Virus record (IMG/VR): IMGVR_UViG_3300043584_000003
Span: 35,163 to 99,162 of that record
Direction: 5' to 3' (one strand)
Source: a virus
DNA: 64,000 nt
Under the pieces are notes generated by a model. It searched no databases and was not told the DNA's origin. It saw nothing but the letters and a program-made list of their open reading frames with translations. The translations under genes and the position numbers were made by a program. Below are positions 47,942 through 58,338 of the stretch, in pieces. Positions within the stretch are counted from its first letter, which is position 1. Each line of letters opens with the position of its first letter.

Positions 47942-48484
47942 TCATCGGTCTCGCTGGTCGCGGGCGCTTACCTCGTTGAACCAGGTAGCGACGCGTACGA
48001 CGTCGTCGAACGTCAGCCCGACGCGTGGGTCAACGTAGTGCAGCGTGGTCGGCAGACCGCGCCGTAAACGCTCGTTGAGAAACCGGTCCCGCGCATCCGG
48101 GTGCTCGTCGAAGGCGTCGTCAAACCACGCCACGGTTCGCGTCGCGGCGTAATCCAGCACGGCGGCAAACTTCCAATCAGGATCCGTTTGGTCCCAGTGG
48201 ATCACCGGCAACGGATCAAGGCCGATCAGCGGCGCGATCAGCTCGTTGGCCTGGTCCTCCCAGGTGGTGCACCAGACCAGCTCGGCATGTGTTCGGTCGG
48301 TCAACGCACCGAGCAGATCGCCGTGTCCCGGATGAAGCCAAACACGCAGCGGTCGCTTGGCAATCCAGCCTTCCGGTCGTAGCCGGTACGTCTCGTAGCC
48401 GGACGGTCGACGCGTCGCCTTGGCCCGCCAGGGATTGAACGGTCCGTCGACGTCAAGAAGCAACAGCGGTCGACGATTCGTCAT
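47942..48484 (-). CDS. HAD-family phosphatase (HAD_SAK_2-like, RNA end-healing type)
   Basis: LLLLDVDGPFNP, LVWCTTWE, WFDD. Confidence 0.75.
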   Translation of the reverse strand: MTNRRPLLLLDVDGPFNPWRAKATRRPSGYETYRLRPEGWIAKRPLRVWLHPGHGDLLGALTDRTHAELVWCTTWEDQANELIAPLIGLDPLPVIHWDQTDPDWKFAAVLDYAATRTVAWFDDAFDEHPDARDRFLNERLRRGLPTTLHYVDPRVGLTFDDVVRVATWFNEVSARDQRDR

Positions 48485-48675
48485 GATTCGCTCGTTCCGT
48501 CAAGTAGCTCGTGCAATCGCTCGGCAGCGCGACCGATCGCAGCGTACCGCTGAACGTCACAGTCACTGCACAGCCCGGACGATTCCTGCGACCAACGCGG
48601 GCAGTCACCATACGTATCGTCGTGATCGTGACGCATCTCGGTAAAACCACGACAACGACATTGCCTTGCTGTCAT
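48481..48675 (-). CDS. Small Cys-rich hypothetical protein
   Basis: Likely start 48675; CxC...C...CxxC; ATGA coupling. Confidence 0.45.
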   Translation of the reverse strand: MTARQCRCRGFTEMRHDHDDTYGDCPRWSQESSGLCSDCDVQRYAAIGRAAERLHELLDGTSES

Positions 48676-48940
48676 GATCGACTTACCTCCTGGATCGGAC
48701 AGCTCACGGACGTATCCGCGTACCAGACGTCGTCCCAGACGGCGGCAACGAGGCACGTGGTCACGGCCGGCATGAACAAGCGAGCGCTCGCTATCGCCAC
48801 GTGCGGTGCGACGTGTCCGATATTACGAACGCACGTGTAGTCGTTGGCGTACGCCGGACAATCGGCGCGCTGCTCGGTCACAAACGGATCACTCGGAAAG
48901 ACCTGACCGGCGCGGAACGGCCAGTACGTCGGCGGTCCGG

Positions 48941-48944
<4 letters not shown>
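48672..48944 (-). CDS. Hypothetical protein
   Basis: Coupled on both sides; C...CVRNIGH..PHVA. Confidence 0.5.
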
Positions 48945-49245
<301 letters not shown>

Positions 49246-49249
<4 letters not shown>

Positions 49250-49989
49250 CGATTCACCGCCGTTCGTCCGGGCCCGTCGACGGTCGACGTCGCCGGATCA
49301 TCTAGTAACGCGCCGAACTCGCGCTCGCGTGTCTCGATCAATCGCACGACGTCAGCGCCCGCGACCGGCGCAAAGTCCCACTGATCGACGCCGACGTTCA
49401 GGTTACGCCCGCTGGTCAGCCACGCGTTATGAACGTGCCCGCAGACCACCCAGCGCTTGGTCACCGGCCGCCGATCAACACCGCCCAGCGGACGCGGCCG
49501 GTAGTCAGCAAACCGATCCTCACGATCCGGCTGGGACTCACCGATCGTTGGGAAGTGGCAGAGCTCGACGTGGTTGGACGCGGTATCCGGGACGCCGCGC
49601 ATCAGTCGCACCAGCGTGCCGTATCCGTTGCGGCGGATGTGCGCGCCTGTCGAGATCAGCTCGAACCCGGCGCGGCGGTAGTCAGCTACCCAACCGTCGA
49701 GCTGAACCTTGTTCACGGGATTGTCGCCGTAGCCCTCGAAGCAGCGGTCGTGGTTACCGGCGACCAGGTACTTGTGCCCCTTGAGCCGGCCGATCGTAGC
49801 GAGCGACTCGCGGATCGGACCCATGCAGACGTCGCCGACGAACCAGACCGTGTCCCGCTCACCTACCACGTCCTGGTAGCGCTCGATCAGCGTCCGGTTC
49901 ATCTCGTCGACCGACGCGAACGGTCGCTCGACGAGCTCGATGATCCGCTGGTGTGAAAGATGCCAATCGGCGGTAAGCCATACGGTCAT
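49246..49989 (-). CDS. Calcineurin-like metallophosphoesterase
   Basis: TADWHLSH, VGDV, AGNHD, CHFP, CGHVH. Confidence 0.9.
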
Positions 49990-49991
49990 CG

Positions 49992-50225
49992 TTACCGGCC
50001 TCTCCTACCGATCGTCCGCATGACGGCCGTCGTCAACCCGGCGAGTACGCCGATCGACCACATGATGCACCAGGCGAGGTCGCTCGCAAAGTGCGGCACG
50101 AACACGCCTTGTGACAGGACGTTGCCGAGAAGCATGCCGGCCGGAAACGCGCAGAACACCGCGCTCAACCACGCGCCGGATGGATCGGGTATAAATCGTT
50201 GAGGCGTAGGTGAATCGTTCGTCAC
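49992..50225 (-). CDS. Small two-TM membrane protein
   Basis: Two hydrophobic segments; likely GTG start at 50225. Confidence 0.5.
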   Translation of the reverse strand: MTNDSPTPQRFIPDPSGAWLSAVFCAFPAGMLLGNVLSQGVFVPHFASDLAWCIMWSIGVLAGLTTAVMRTIGRRGR

Positions 50226-50229
50226 GTCG

Positions 50230-50520
50230 CTACTCCTCGTTCTCGTCATCGTCGTCATTGTTAATCGCATCATTCGCGTCATCTTCCTCGGTGGCGAGCC
50301 AGCCCAGCAGCCGGATCGCGGTCGTCACGGTGATACCGCCAAGCTGGTGTTCCAGCTTGTGGATAACCTGCGCGGACGTTCCGATCTTGCGCGCGACCTC
50401 CATCATGGACCAGCCGCGCCGCTGCCGGGCGCTAACCAGCAGCAGCGGCAGCTGGTCAAGCAGCACGATCAGCCGGCGAACGTCGGCCGGTCGAGCGCGC
50501 ATATCGTCGGTTGCGGCCAC
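50230..50520 (-). CDS. XRE-family HTH protein
   Basis: RQRRGWSMMEVARKIGTSAQVIHKLE. Confidence 0.8.
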   Translation of the reverse strand: MAATDDMRARPADVRRLIVLLDQLPLLLVSARQRRGWSMMEVARKIGTSAQVIHKLEHQLGGITVTTAIRLLGWLATEEDDANDAINNDDDDENEE

Positions 50521-50526
50521 TATGCG

Positions 50527-51357
50527 TCACCCGCAGGGTTCGTCGTACGCGGCCGGTGCCGCACCGGTCGCGCGTTGGAGCCGCTCGTGCGTGAGCCGTG
50601 CTTGCTCGTGGTCATACCGGTCGACGTCGGCGACCCAGTCGTCGATCGTCGTCAACAGCGCGTCCTCGAGCTCGTCGCGCCAGTTGAGCGGCTTAACGTC
50701 CCAGTCCTTGATCATTCGGTGAATGATACGAGGCCAGTCGACGGGTAACAGCGCGTAGAGCGGACCGTCGTGACTGTCGTCGTCCGTATCGTGTCCGATC
50801 GTCACGTCAGCGGTACCGGCCGCCGCGCCGCTGGCGTCGATCCGCTGCTCGGCCGCGCGGTGGAACCGTAGCCCGCGGCGGAACGCCTCGTACAGCGCGG
50901 GATCCGGATCCTCGTCATCGGTCGCAACGTCGTAGCCGCGCTCGGCCTCGGCGGCCAGCTGGGCGATCCGCTCCTCGGTCAGCTCGACGCCGCCTGACGT
51001 CATGACCGGCGCGGGGCGACGCCACCGCGACAGCAGCAACTCCATGCGCGCACGAACCGCGTCGGACGGTCGCGTATCGGGCGACTGCGTCGCGGCGTAC
51101 CACAGCAGATCCACCGCGTCGGGCGGCAGCGCGTCGTGCTGGCGATCGAGGCTCTCGAGCCACCGCAGCTTTTCGATGCGCTCGGCCTGTTCCTTGATCA
51201 GCTGCCGGGCCTGCTCGAGCTCGGTTGACGTCGACGACTCAGATCTGGACCCGGGCTCGTGTTCGAACGCGCGCCGCGCGCCGTCGAACAACTCACCGAC
51301 GCCGGTGATCGCACGGTCCATGGCCTGCCGAACGGCGGCCCAGTCGGGGGGCGTCAT
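50527..51357 (-). CDS. Hypothetical protein
   Basis: 276 aa; ATGA coupling. Confidence 0.55.
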   Translation of the reverse strand: MTPPDWAAVRQAMDRAITGVGELFDGARRAFEHEPGSRSESSTSTELEQARQLIKEQAERIEKLRWLESLDRQHDALPPDAVDLLWYAATQSPDTRPSDAVRARMELLLSRWRRPAPVMTSGGVELTEERIAQLAAEAERGYDVATDDEDPDPALYEAFRRGLRFHRAAEQRIDASGAAAGTADVTIGHDTDDDSHDGPLYALLPVDWPRIIHRMIKDWDVKPLNWRDELEDALLTTIDDWVADVDRYDHEQARLTHERLQRATGAAPAAYDEPCG

Positions 51358-51845
51358 TCCGTCACGTCCCGGTGCATCGTCGACTCCTGGTCACCGTCCC
51401 AGTCGTCGGCCTGCGCCTCGAGCACGTCGGCGATCAGCGCGAACGGCACGCGTGAGTCGTTCATCCGCGACAGCGTAGTCACGTTGTGACCGAACACCGT
51501 CTTGTCTTTCGTGCGTACGTCGACGAATCGCGGATCCCCGATGTAGACCCACGGGTCGTTGGTCGTGACGCCGAGCCAGTCCCGCGCCTCACGCGATAGA
51601 TACGAGACCGAGTTGATGCCGGTCCGGCGGTTGATGACATGGTAATCGCCGCGTGCAACGCGAGGCTCCCAGTGGCAGCCGCGCAGATCCTCGACCACGC
51701 CTAGACAGCAGTACGTGCTCGCGCTTGGCCGCAGCCCCTGGTGGCCCTGCTGGTAGCGGCCGGAGCGTAACGCCTCGATCAACGCGCGGCGGTGCTTGCG
51801 AACCTCGTCCTGGGTGTAGACCGGCAGCGGTGTCATGGTCATCAT
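51354..51845 (-). CDS. Hypothetical protein (paralog of 52339-52827)
   Basis: IEALRSGRYQQG..LR....YCCLGV...LSRMND....F..IADVLE. Confidence 0.65.
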   Translation of the reverse strand: MMTMTPLPVYTQDEVRKHRRALIEALRSGRYQQGHQGLRPSASTYCCLGVVEDLRGCHWEPRVARGDYHVINRRTGINSVSYLSREARDWLGVTTNDPWVYIGDPRFVDVRTKDKTVFGHNVTTLSRMNDSRVPFALIADVLEAQADDWDGDQESTMHRDVTE

Positions 51846-52342
51846 CGTTCCTTCTCCTTCTTCTTCTTCTCATCGAGCATCGCCATGATGCGTAGCTCGA
51901 ACGCCTCGAGCCCAGCGCGTAGCCGAGCGTTGTCCTCACGCAGCACGGTCTCGTGCGTGATCACCTGCGCGACCAGCGATTCGAGTCGCGCGACCTGCTG
52001 GTCGCGGCGCGCGGAGTACGACCGCCAGGTGGTCTCGGGCAGCAGCGGCGCGAGTAGGTCCAGCGCGGCGTCGGCCATCAGGAGATAGCTAGCACGTACG
52101 TCGGCGTCATCCTCGTCCTCGACGCCCGGTAGGTCGAGGTCCGGCGTCTCGGCACTGTACAGCGTCTGCGCGACGCGCTCGCGTAGCGGTTTTTCTGGCA
52201 CGTACCACCTCATGGTCTTTTCGATGACCCAGGCGTGGCTGGGTAGCTGTTCGGGCGGTGTTCGGCGCGGAAACGGTGCCGGTATCTGGTTGCCGGGCGC
52301 GTCGCGGTCCAGCAGGCGTCGGTCGTCCGGTGCCACGGTCAT
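51842..52342 (-). CDS. Hypothetical protein
   Basis: Coupled at both ends; coiled-coil C-terminus. Confidence 0.5.
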   Translation of the reverse strand: MTVAPDDRRLLDRDAPGNQIPAPFPRRTPPEQLPSHAWVIEKTMRWYVPEKPLRERVAQTLYSAETPDLDLPGVEDEDDADVRASYLLMADAALDLLAPLLPETTWRSYSARRDQQVARLESLVAQVITHETVLREDNARLRAGLEAFELRIMAMLDEKKKKEKER

Positions 52343-52827
52343 GGTCGGCTTGATCGGCGTCGATCATGCTCGGCGATCGCCCAGTCGTGCGAACCGTCCC
52401 AGTCGTCGCCCTGGTCCTCGATGACGTCCGCGATCTCGGTGAGCGATAGGCGCTCGTCGTCGTTTAACCCGGTCAACGTGCGCACCAGCACCAGCGGCGT
52501 GGAATCACGTTCGCACGACCAGACCACGTAGGGATCGGTCGCGCGAACAAGGATTCCATACCAGGCGCACGCCGCACGAGACAGCAGCGAGTAGTTTTCT
52601 GGCTCATCCTCGGTGGCCCACTCGTTCATTGTTGTTATCGCCGTCGTCGTTTTCCAGCGCGCGCCACGCGCCTTTTCGGCCACACCGAGGCAGCAGAAGC
52701 CGTCGCGTTGCCCCGAGCGATCTCGAAGCCGGCCGTACGCCTGCGGTAGCTTAGAGCGTAGCGCGGTGATCCATTGACGGCGGTGTCTGGCGATCTCCTC
52801 GGGTGTGTACGCGGTCGGTTCAGTCAT
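52339..52827 (-). CDS. Hypothetical protein (paralog of 51354-51845)
   Basis: Likely start 52827; WITALRS.LPQ.YG.LR....FCCLGV...LND...L.EIADVIE. Confidence 0.65.
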   Translation of the reverse strand: MTEPTAYTPEEIARHRRQWITALRSKLPQAYGRLRDRSGQRDGFCCLGVAEKARGARWKTTTAITTMNEWATEDEPENYSLLSRAACAWYGILVRATDPYVVWSCERDSTPLVLVRTLTGLNDDERLSLTEIADVIEDQGDDWDGSHDWAIAEHDRRRSSRP

Positions 52828-52858
52828 GATCGTTCCTTCCTTCGTCTGGTGGTCACGC

Positions 52859-53083
52859 TCATCGCCGTGCATCGCGACGCGGACCGCAGGCGCGCTCCAA
52901 CGCCGTGCCCGTACAGCGGCCACCGACGTACCGGATGAGTTGATCCGCCGCGCAGCTAGGATTCACGCAGCGCCAGCGGTGCAACGCGTTCGGCGTCAGG
53001 CCGTCGTACGCCAGCGAATGCCCGCGCATCTTGGCCTCGAGCCGAACGTCGTCCTGAAGCTGGGGCTCACGGGTCGTCGCCAC
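52859..53083 (-). CDS. Small Cys/His-containing hypothetical protein
   Basis: RGH...HRWRCVNPSC...C...C. Confidence 0.45.
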   Translation of the reverse strand: MATTREPQLQDDVRLEAKMRGHSLAYDGLTPNALHRWRCVNPSCAADQLIRYVGGRCTGTALERACGPRRDARR

Positions 53084-53594
53084 GACTCGCCTCCTCGAAC
53101 CGGTCTTGATCTCGACGCAGCACGCGCAGGTCCTGCTCGGCGTCGGATAGTTGGATCATCAGCTCGGCGATCCGACTCTCGCACGACGCCATCTTGCGCT
53201 CGTACAGCCGAACGAAGTCCTCGCGCGTCGCCTTGACGTCAGCGATCTTGCCGTAGTTGGCGGCGTCGGCACGCACGGCGAACCGGTAGACGAAACCGAC
53301 GATCGTCATTACCAGACCGAACACGGTGAGAAACCCAGACGTAACCGTAAACGTATCGAGCGGGACGACGGCGCCGTCCGCCATGCTCAGTCCGTCGGCG
53401 GTGCCTAGTAGGAGGACACCGAGCGTCGCGAGCACGGCGTACGACCGACGTTGACCGGCGTACCTTGCCGCAGCGGCGCGGTACACCAACAGCTTCGATT
53501 CATGCTGGAACAGCACGTCGCGTTCGGCATGCAGCTCGACGCGTAGCTCGTCAACGACGACGACGGCGCGTTCCAACTTCTTACTCGACGTCAT
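53067..53594 (-). CDS. Two-TM membrane protein with coiled coils
   Basis: Likely start 53594; similar to 53581-54045 (L.G.DG.V.P.D...). Confidence 0.55.
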   Translation of the reverse strand: MTSSKKLERAVVVVDELRVELHAERDVLFQHESKLLVYRAAAARYAGQRRSYAVLATLGVLLLGTADGLSMADGAVVPLDTFTVTSGFLTVFGLVMTIVGFVYRFAVRADAANYGKIADVKATREDFVRLYERKMASCESRIAELMIQLSDAEQDLRVLRRDQDRFEEASRGDDP

Positions 53595-54045
53595 CGAGCA
53601 CCCCCACGCGGGACGCGGCGGTCCAGGCCACCGTGACGGCGTCCAACGCGCAACGTACCTCAAGTTTGGCGTCGTCGTAGACGTCGTAACGCGTCTGATA
53701 CACCGTGCCGTACGCGGCACGTTGATACTCGGCATCCGTGAAGAACAACACGCAAAAGAAGACGAAGCCGGTGATGGTAAACGCGGGACCAAGCACCCAG
53801 CAGGCGATGCTAAGGCCCATCATGCTGTCCGGCGGAAACACGGTGCCGTCGAGGCCGGTCAGCGTTCCCGCGCACAGCATGAGGCCGATACCGGCGGCGA
53901 CGCACAGCGTGCTCGCGCGTCGTTGCCGTCGATGACGAAGCCAGACGTTGAGTGCTCGGTCGCGGACGCGCTCGGCGTCGCGTAGCGCGACGCGCGCCGC
54001 GTGGAGTCGCCGTCGCAGCTCGGTCGCCTGCTGGTCGGTCGTCAC
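53581..54045 (-). CDS. Two-TM membrane protein
   Basis: GGAGG RBS; two hydrophobic segments. Confidence 0.6.
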   Translation of the reverse strand: MTTDQQATELRRRLHAARVALRDAERVRDRALNVWLRHRRQRRASTLCVAAGIGLMLCAGTLTGLDGTVFPPDSMMGLSIACWVLGPAFTITGFVFFCVLFFTDAEYQRAAYGTVYQTRYDVYDDAKLEVRCALDAVTVAWTAASRVGVLDDVE

Positions 54046-54126
54046 GATTGGACCTCCGATCGTGTGATCGTTCGTTCCGTCGCGCGTATCGTATCGACCG
54101 ATAGCACGGTCATAGTGTTGATTAAC

Positions 54127-54483
54127 CTAGCCCGCTGTCGACCGCCGTGATCGATGCGCACGCCAGCGTCGCTGCCAGGCCGCGAGGCGTTCGTAGCCCA
54201 ACGTGGTCAGCTTGACGGGTGAACCAGACGCCGAGATCGCGCTGGTCGGGCCCACCTGTGCGGATATCAGGCCGCCGCGCCACAGGTCCATGACGGTGCG
54301 AGCCTCGCTGGACGCGGCGGCGCTCGGCGACAGCGCGTGATGCTCCGAGTCGCGGAGCGTACGCAGCACGCGGTAGCGCGTTAGGACCCCGCGCGCTCGC
54401 TCGCGTGTGATACGGAACGCGCCGGTCGATGCTAGGAGCAACGTCTCATACCTCGTCGATGTGTATGTCACATCGGTTGGCAT
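54127..54483 (-). CDS. Hypothetical protein (winged-helix-like)
   Basis: GAGGAGG RBS; ends ...LTTLGYERLAAW. Confidence 0.55.
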   Translation of the reverse strand: MPTDVTYTSTRYETLLLASTGAFRITRERARGVLTRYRVLRTLRDSEHHALSPSAAASSEARTVMDLWRGGLISAQVGPTSAISASGSPVKLTTLGYERLAAWQRRWRAHRSRRSTAG

Positions 54484-54511
54484 CCTAGGTCCTACCTCCT
54501 CGTAGTACCCC

Positions 54512-54847
54512 CTACCCCTGCTTACCCTACCGCGCCTTGCCTTGCCGTACCTCGCCCCGCCTCGACTGCCTTACCACGCCAAGCCTAGCCATGCCTAGCC
54601 ATGCCATGCCTGCCCAGCCTTGACCCGCCCCACCAGACCAGACCACGCCCAGCCGGACCTGCCTTACCCCGCCAAACCGCGCCCTGCCGGACCACACCTA
54701 GACACGCCGCGCCGCGCCGCACCAAGCCTGCCTCGCCGAACCCTGCCATGCCGTCCACGCCCTACCAAACCACGGCTGAACCAAGCCTGCCGGCCCTGCC
54801 GTGCCTAGCCATGCCACGCCGCAACTTACCACGACTAAGCCGGTGCC
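54512..54847 (-). repeat. GGY-NN pentamer array 2 (orphan)
   Basis: Same (NN-RCC)n grammar with TGCC block breaks; about 6 blocks. Confidence 0.85.
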
Positions 54848-54850
54848 ACG

Positions 54851-55054
54851 TCACACACCCGGTCGCCCAGCACGATCCCAGCGCAACGCCGCCGCGATCC
54901 GCTCAACGTCCTCCGACGCCACGCCAAGACGCGCTAGCTCGGCAAACGCCTCGATAACTATCTCGCGCATGTACTCGGTAGGAAGCACGTTCAACGTCCG
55001 CGCGACGGCGCGTAACACGTCCTCGCCGATACGCAGGTCGATCGGCTCGCTCAT
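54851..55054 (-). CDS. Small DNA-binding-like protein (possible ribbon-helix-helix)
   Basis: IDLRIGEDVLRAVARTLNVLPTEYMREIV. Confidence 0.5.
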   Translation of the reverse strand: MSEPIDLRIGEDVLRAVARTLNVLPTEYMREIVIEAFAELARLGVASEDVERIAAALRWDRAGRPGV

Positions 55055-55063
55055 ACGTCACCA

Positions 55064-55318
55064 TCACCGTTCTTGGTTCCAGGAGGCGGCCAGCGTGGTC
55101 AGAAACGCCGGCACGACGTCGTCGCGGTTAAACGGGTCGAGGTCGGTACAGGCGGCGACGTCGCCGGGCGCGTGCTTGATGAACCGATCATCGTGCCACA
55201 GCGTGTGAAAGAACGCCTGACCTGGGCGAAGCTCGGGGTGCGTCACCATCATGACAGCGGCGGCACGCAGATAGCGGGTAAACCGCGTAGGTGGCTGATT
55301 CACGACTAGTCCTTCCAT
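55064..55318 (-). CDS. Hypothetical protein
   Basis: HPELRPGQAFFHTL...DPF. Confidence 0.55.
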   Translation of the reverse strand: MEGLVVNQPPTRFTRYLRAAAVMMVTHPELRPGQAFFHTLWHDDRFIKHAPGDVAACTDLDPFNRDDVVPAFLTTLAASWNQER

Positions 55319-55587
55319 CGCCCGTTAGAGAGCTGTCGGTTCCCGACGAGCCAGTTCTCGAGTCGGCTGGCGACCAGCTCGAACAACACGCCGTTCCAGT
55401 CATCCTCGAGCCCGTCGACGGCGGCGAGCGCGTGCGTTAACACGAGGACGGCGACCTGTTCGAGCGTCCAGTCGCTCCCGTCGGCAAACGCGACGTCCGT
55501 GCGTTCGTCGGCGTCCAGCCGATTCAACAAATCGTCACGTAGTGCGTCAGCGAGCCGCGTCACACCGTCTGACGAGGTCAGGTTCAC
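55306..55587 (-). CDS. Hypothetical protein
   Basis: AGGA RBS; operon position. Confidence 0.45.
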   Translation of the reverse strand: MNLTSSDGVTRLADALRDDLLNRLDADERTDVAFADGSDWTLEQVAVLVLTHALAAVDGLEDDWNGVLFELVASRLENWLVGNRQLSNGRWKD

Positions 55588-55614
55588 ATTCGTTCCTACC
55601 TATCTACTTCTTAG

Positions 55615-56094
55615 CTAGCTCGGTGGAGCCTCACCGGTGGGAAACTTTTCGGGGCACAGCGTCACGCGGGCGACCACGATGGTATCCAGCGCCAGCACGC
55701 CGGGCATACGCTCCTGCGTGGTGAGCGTCTGCGGCGTCGTCAGCGGATCGCAGGCGACGACCAACGCGTGATACGCGCGCTTGTCCGGCCAGGCGGACGC
55801 CGGGTAGTCCGGCGCCATAGCACGCAGCTGCGCCAGCGCCTCACGCTCGAGGTAGTTGTGCCGATCCGAGGATGCTGACGAGGCCGTAGCGGACGGCGCA
55901 GCGGACGGTACGGCTACGCGGCGCGCGGTGCCGGTCGAGGACGCTGAGGCCGGCGACGCGCCGGTTTGACCGCTATCGCGAACGACGACGCGCACGACCG
56001 CGAACGTCAACGCGACGAGTACGGCCACGCCTAGCCAGATCGCGGCGAACGTTGCCCAGCGGCCGAGCCGGAACTCGGCACCAAAGATACGCAT
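55615..56094 (-). CDS. Membrane-anchored protein with Ser/Ala-rich linker
   Basis: Likely start 56094 behind GGAGG; one TM. Confidence 0.55.
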   Translation of the reverse strand: MRIFGAEFRLGRWATFAAIWLGVAVLVALTFAVVRVVVRDSGQTGASPASASSTGTARRVAVPSAAPSATASSASSDRHNYLEREALAQLRAMAPDYPASAWPDKRAYHALVVACDPLTTPQTLTTQERMPGVLALDTIVVARVTLCPEKFPTGEAPPS

Positions 56095-56098
56095 ATCG

Positions 56099-56416
56099 CT
56101 ACCTCCCCTCGGTACAGCGCGGATACTCGTCACCGACGACGCACAGCCCGCGCGTCAGCTCCCGCCGTGCGGTATGACCATCCGGGTAGCGGATCGTCAG
56201 CTGCACGATCGTCCTGCCGGGCGTCGGCGTTAGCGACGTCACGCGGCCTTGGACGACCGGATCGGAACGCGGACACGCGGCTAGTAAAACCAGCAGAACG
56301 ACGACCAACGCGCCCCAGGTAACAAGGCGATACGTTCGCTCGGTAAGCGACGGAGAACTCGCGCGCCGCAGCTCGGCACGCACGGCGTCGCGCAGCACGC
56401 GGTCACGGGCGGACAT
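56099..56416 (-). CDS. Putative lipoprotein
   Basis: Likely start 56416 behind GAGGAGG; LLAAC lipobox. Confidence 0.5.
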   Translation of the reverse strand: MSARDRVLRDAVRAELRRASSPSLTERTYRLVTWGALVVVLLVLLAACPRSDPVVQGRVTSLTPTPGRTIVQLTIRYPDGHTARRELTRGLCVVGDEYPRCTEGR

Positions 56417-56659
56417 GATGCCTCCTCGGTCGGAACAAGTAGAACGGAACGCGAGCCGGCGGCGGGAGATCGCGCTCGTTCGCGTGAAACCGCCGATCCA
56501 CGTCCCGGTCTTGGCGGAACGCCGGATCATCGCGCTACGAAACCAAAGAAGGTAATGATCCAGCGTCCCGGTTTAGCGGAAACGTCGATGCCCGGAGGAG
56601 CCCCGCAGACCCGATCTTGCGGTAGATCCCAGCGGGAGCTCGCACCGACGTTCCCGGTC

Positions 56660-56929
56660 CTAGATGCGGTAGGACCCGTTGCGCGTCGCCCGCGTGGCGT
56701 ACTCGGCCAGCGCGCGCCGGAGCGCGTCACCGGAGCCGGTGAGCTTCACGCGGCGCGCCTTGTTGGTCTCGGGCTTGGCCTCGCGCAGCTCGTAGGCGAC
56801 GCCCATCTGGTGGGCGCCCTCCTGCAGGTCGGCCTCGGCGCCCTCGTAGGGCACGATGGCCGACCAGCCGGCGCCGTCGTAGCGCAGGCGGGCCTCGAAG
56901 ACGAAGCGGGTGGCGGTGGGAGTAGTCAC
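56660..56929 (-). CDS. Hypothetical protein
   Basis: AGGAG RBS. Confidence 0.55.
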   Translation of the reverse strand: MTTPTATRFVFEARLRYDGAGWSAIVPYEGAEADLQEGAHQMGVAYELREAKPETNKARRVKLTGSGDALRRALAEYATRATRNGSYRI

Positions 56930-57055
56930 TGATGTGTCTCCTGGTTCTCTTGATTCGTTCGATCGTTGTGTCGATAGCTCCGGATCTTGCTACGAACCGG
57001 ACCCGGCGGTTTTCGTTGCGCGTTCAGACTAGCGACCGGTAGCACGGTTATCGTG

Positions 57056-57240
57056 TTAGCTTTGCTTCCCTTCGTCGGCCGTCCCGACGGCGTTTACCAC
57101 GGTGCATGCAGCGAACCAGTAGCCACCGCCTTCGTCGTCGAAGATGCCGCCGTCACGACGAATTTGCGCGACGGTGCTTCGTGCCACCTCGGCGTCATCG
57201 AACGCGAGCACGACGATCTGCGGCGAATGTTGAAATGGGA
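57056..57240 (-). pseudogene. Start-less duplicate of the N-terminal module of 58339-58920
   Basis: Reads IVVLAFDDAEVARSTVAQIRRDGGIFDDEGGGYWFAACTVV vs YVVLSFVDADAAAHTVEHVRRDGGIFDDDGGGVWCVSCTVV; no start codon seen before the upstream in-frame TGA. Confidence 0.55.
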
Positions 57241-57330
57241 CGCGGCCGCCGACTCTCGGACGAGCTAACGGGCCGCGCCGGCGCCCACTAGGCTGGCTTG
57301 TTCATCACGCTTCAGCTCAAGATTCGCCGC

Positions 57331-58263
57331 TTAGCCAAATGCGCTGAGCAGCCGGCTTCCATCCGCGCGGAATTGAACCACTGGATCGCGTAGGGCGAGG
57401 TCGGTGGACATCTCCGGGAGTTGGGCGAGCAGTCGGTCGCCGCAGTCGGCGACGGTGTCCAGCACCAGAGTCCGGAACGCCGGCCTCGTCGCGGGTGCCA
57501 CGTCCAGCTGGACGACCACGACCGCTGGGCTGACCAGCGGCTCGCCGTTGCGGGACGTCACCGCGATGCGGACCGGCACCTTCGAATCCTTGGCGATCTC
57601 GGCGAGCGCGGTGCGGCATATCTCCGTGTACACCTTCGCCGGATGGTGGAACGGGTTCTTGCCGGCCACCGCCTCCGCGATTCCGCGCCGTTCGGACGAG
57701 CTGACCCCGAGTGGGCCGTTTCCACGACCCACCGCACCTTGATCGCCTTTGTCGAGCGAGCTGCCGAAGGCCGTGAGATAGGCAGTCCCCGTGTCGTCCT
57801 TCGTGTTGACGTGGCAGTCGACGTCGAAATGCTCCGCGTAGCTGTCCGCGATGTCACCCACGACCGAGCGGACCTTGTCCTTTGCCGCGAAGTAGGCGGC
57901 CTTGGTTGGCACCTCGCGCGCCTTGACCGGCACGCACAGCGTCACGTCGGCTTCCCTGTTGCGGCGAACCGCGAGGACTTTGACATCGGTGCCAAAATCG
58001 GGGTTCTGCTCCCGGAACGGCCCGGTCAGCATCCGCTCGACCTCGATCACCAGTCGCTCGAGCGGCGTGAGGGGTCCTTCGACGCCCAGGCAGGTGGTGT
58101 CGGCCGACTCCCACCGGCCGGGGTCGGCCGGCCGGATCAGGTCGGCGGACGGCGGCCGGTACATCTCTCGCCCATGGTCGTCGGTGAGGCGGTCGTTGTT
58201 GATCACCTCAGGCGTCAGGTGTTCGACCAGTCCCGCAAGGTCGGCCTGCTCCAGCACGGACAC
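57331..58263 (-). pseudogene. N-terminally truncated archaeal-type S-adenosylmethionine synthetase
   Basis: DTTCLGVEGPLTPLE, GTDVKVLAVR, YLTAFGSSLDKGDQGAVGRGN, AVAGKNP.HH.AKVY; lacks the N-terminal ERKGxGHPD region (~100 aa). Confidence 0.7.
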
Positions 58264-58338
58264 GACACTCGCGCAGCGGCCCGGGCGCGCCCACGGTGCT
58301 CGCCAGCAGCAACAGCAGCACGAACAGGATCCGCTCGA

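Noticed and set aside
54601-54957. + strand ORFs over array 2
   Set aside because: Same repeat-translation artefact, antisense to the local operon.
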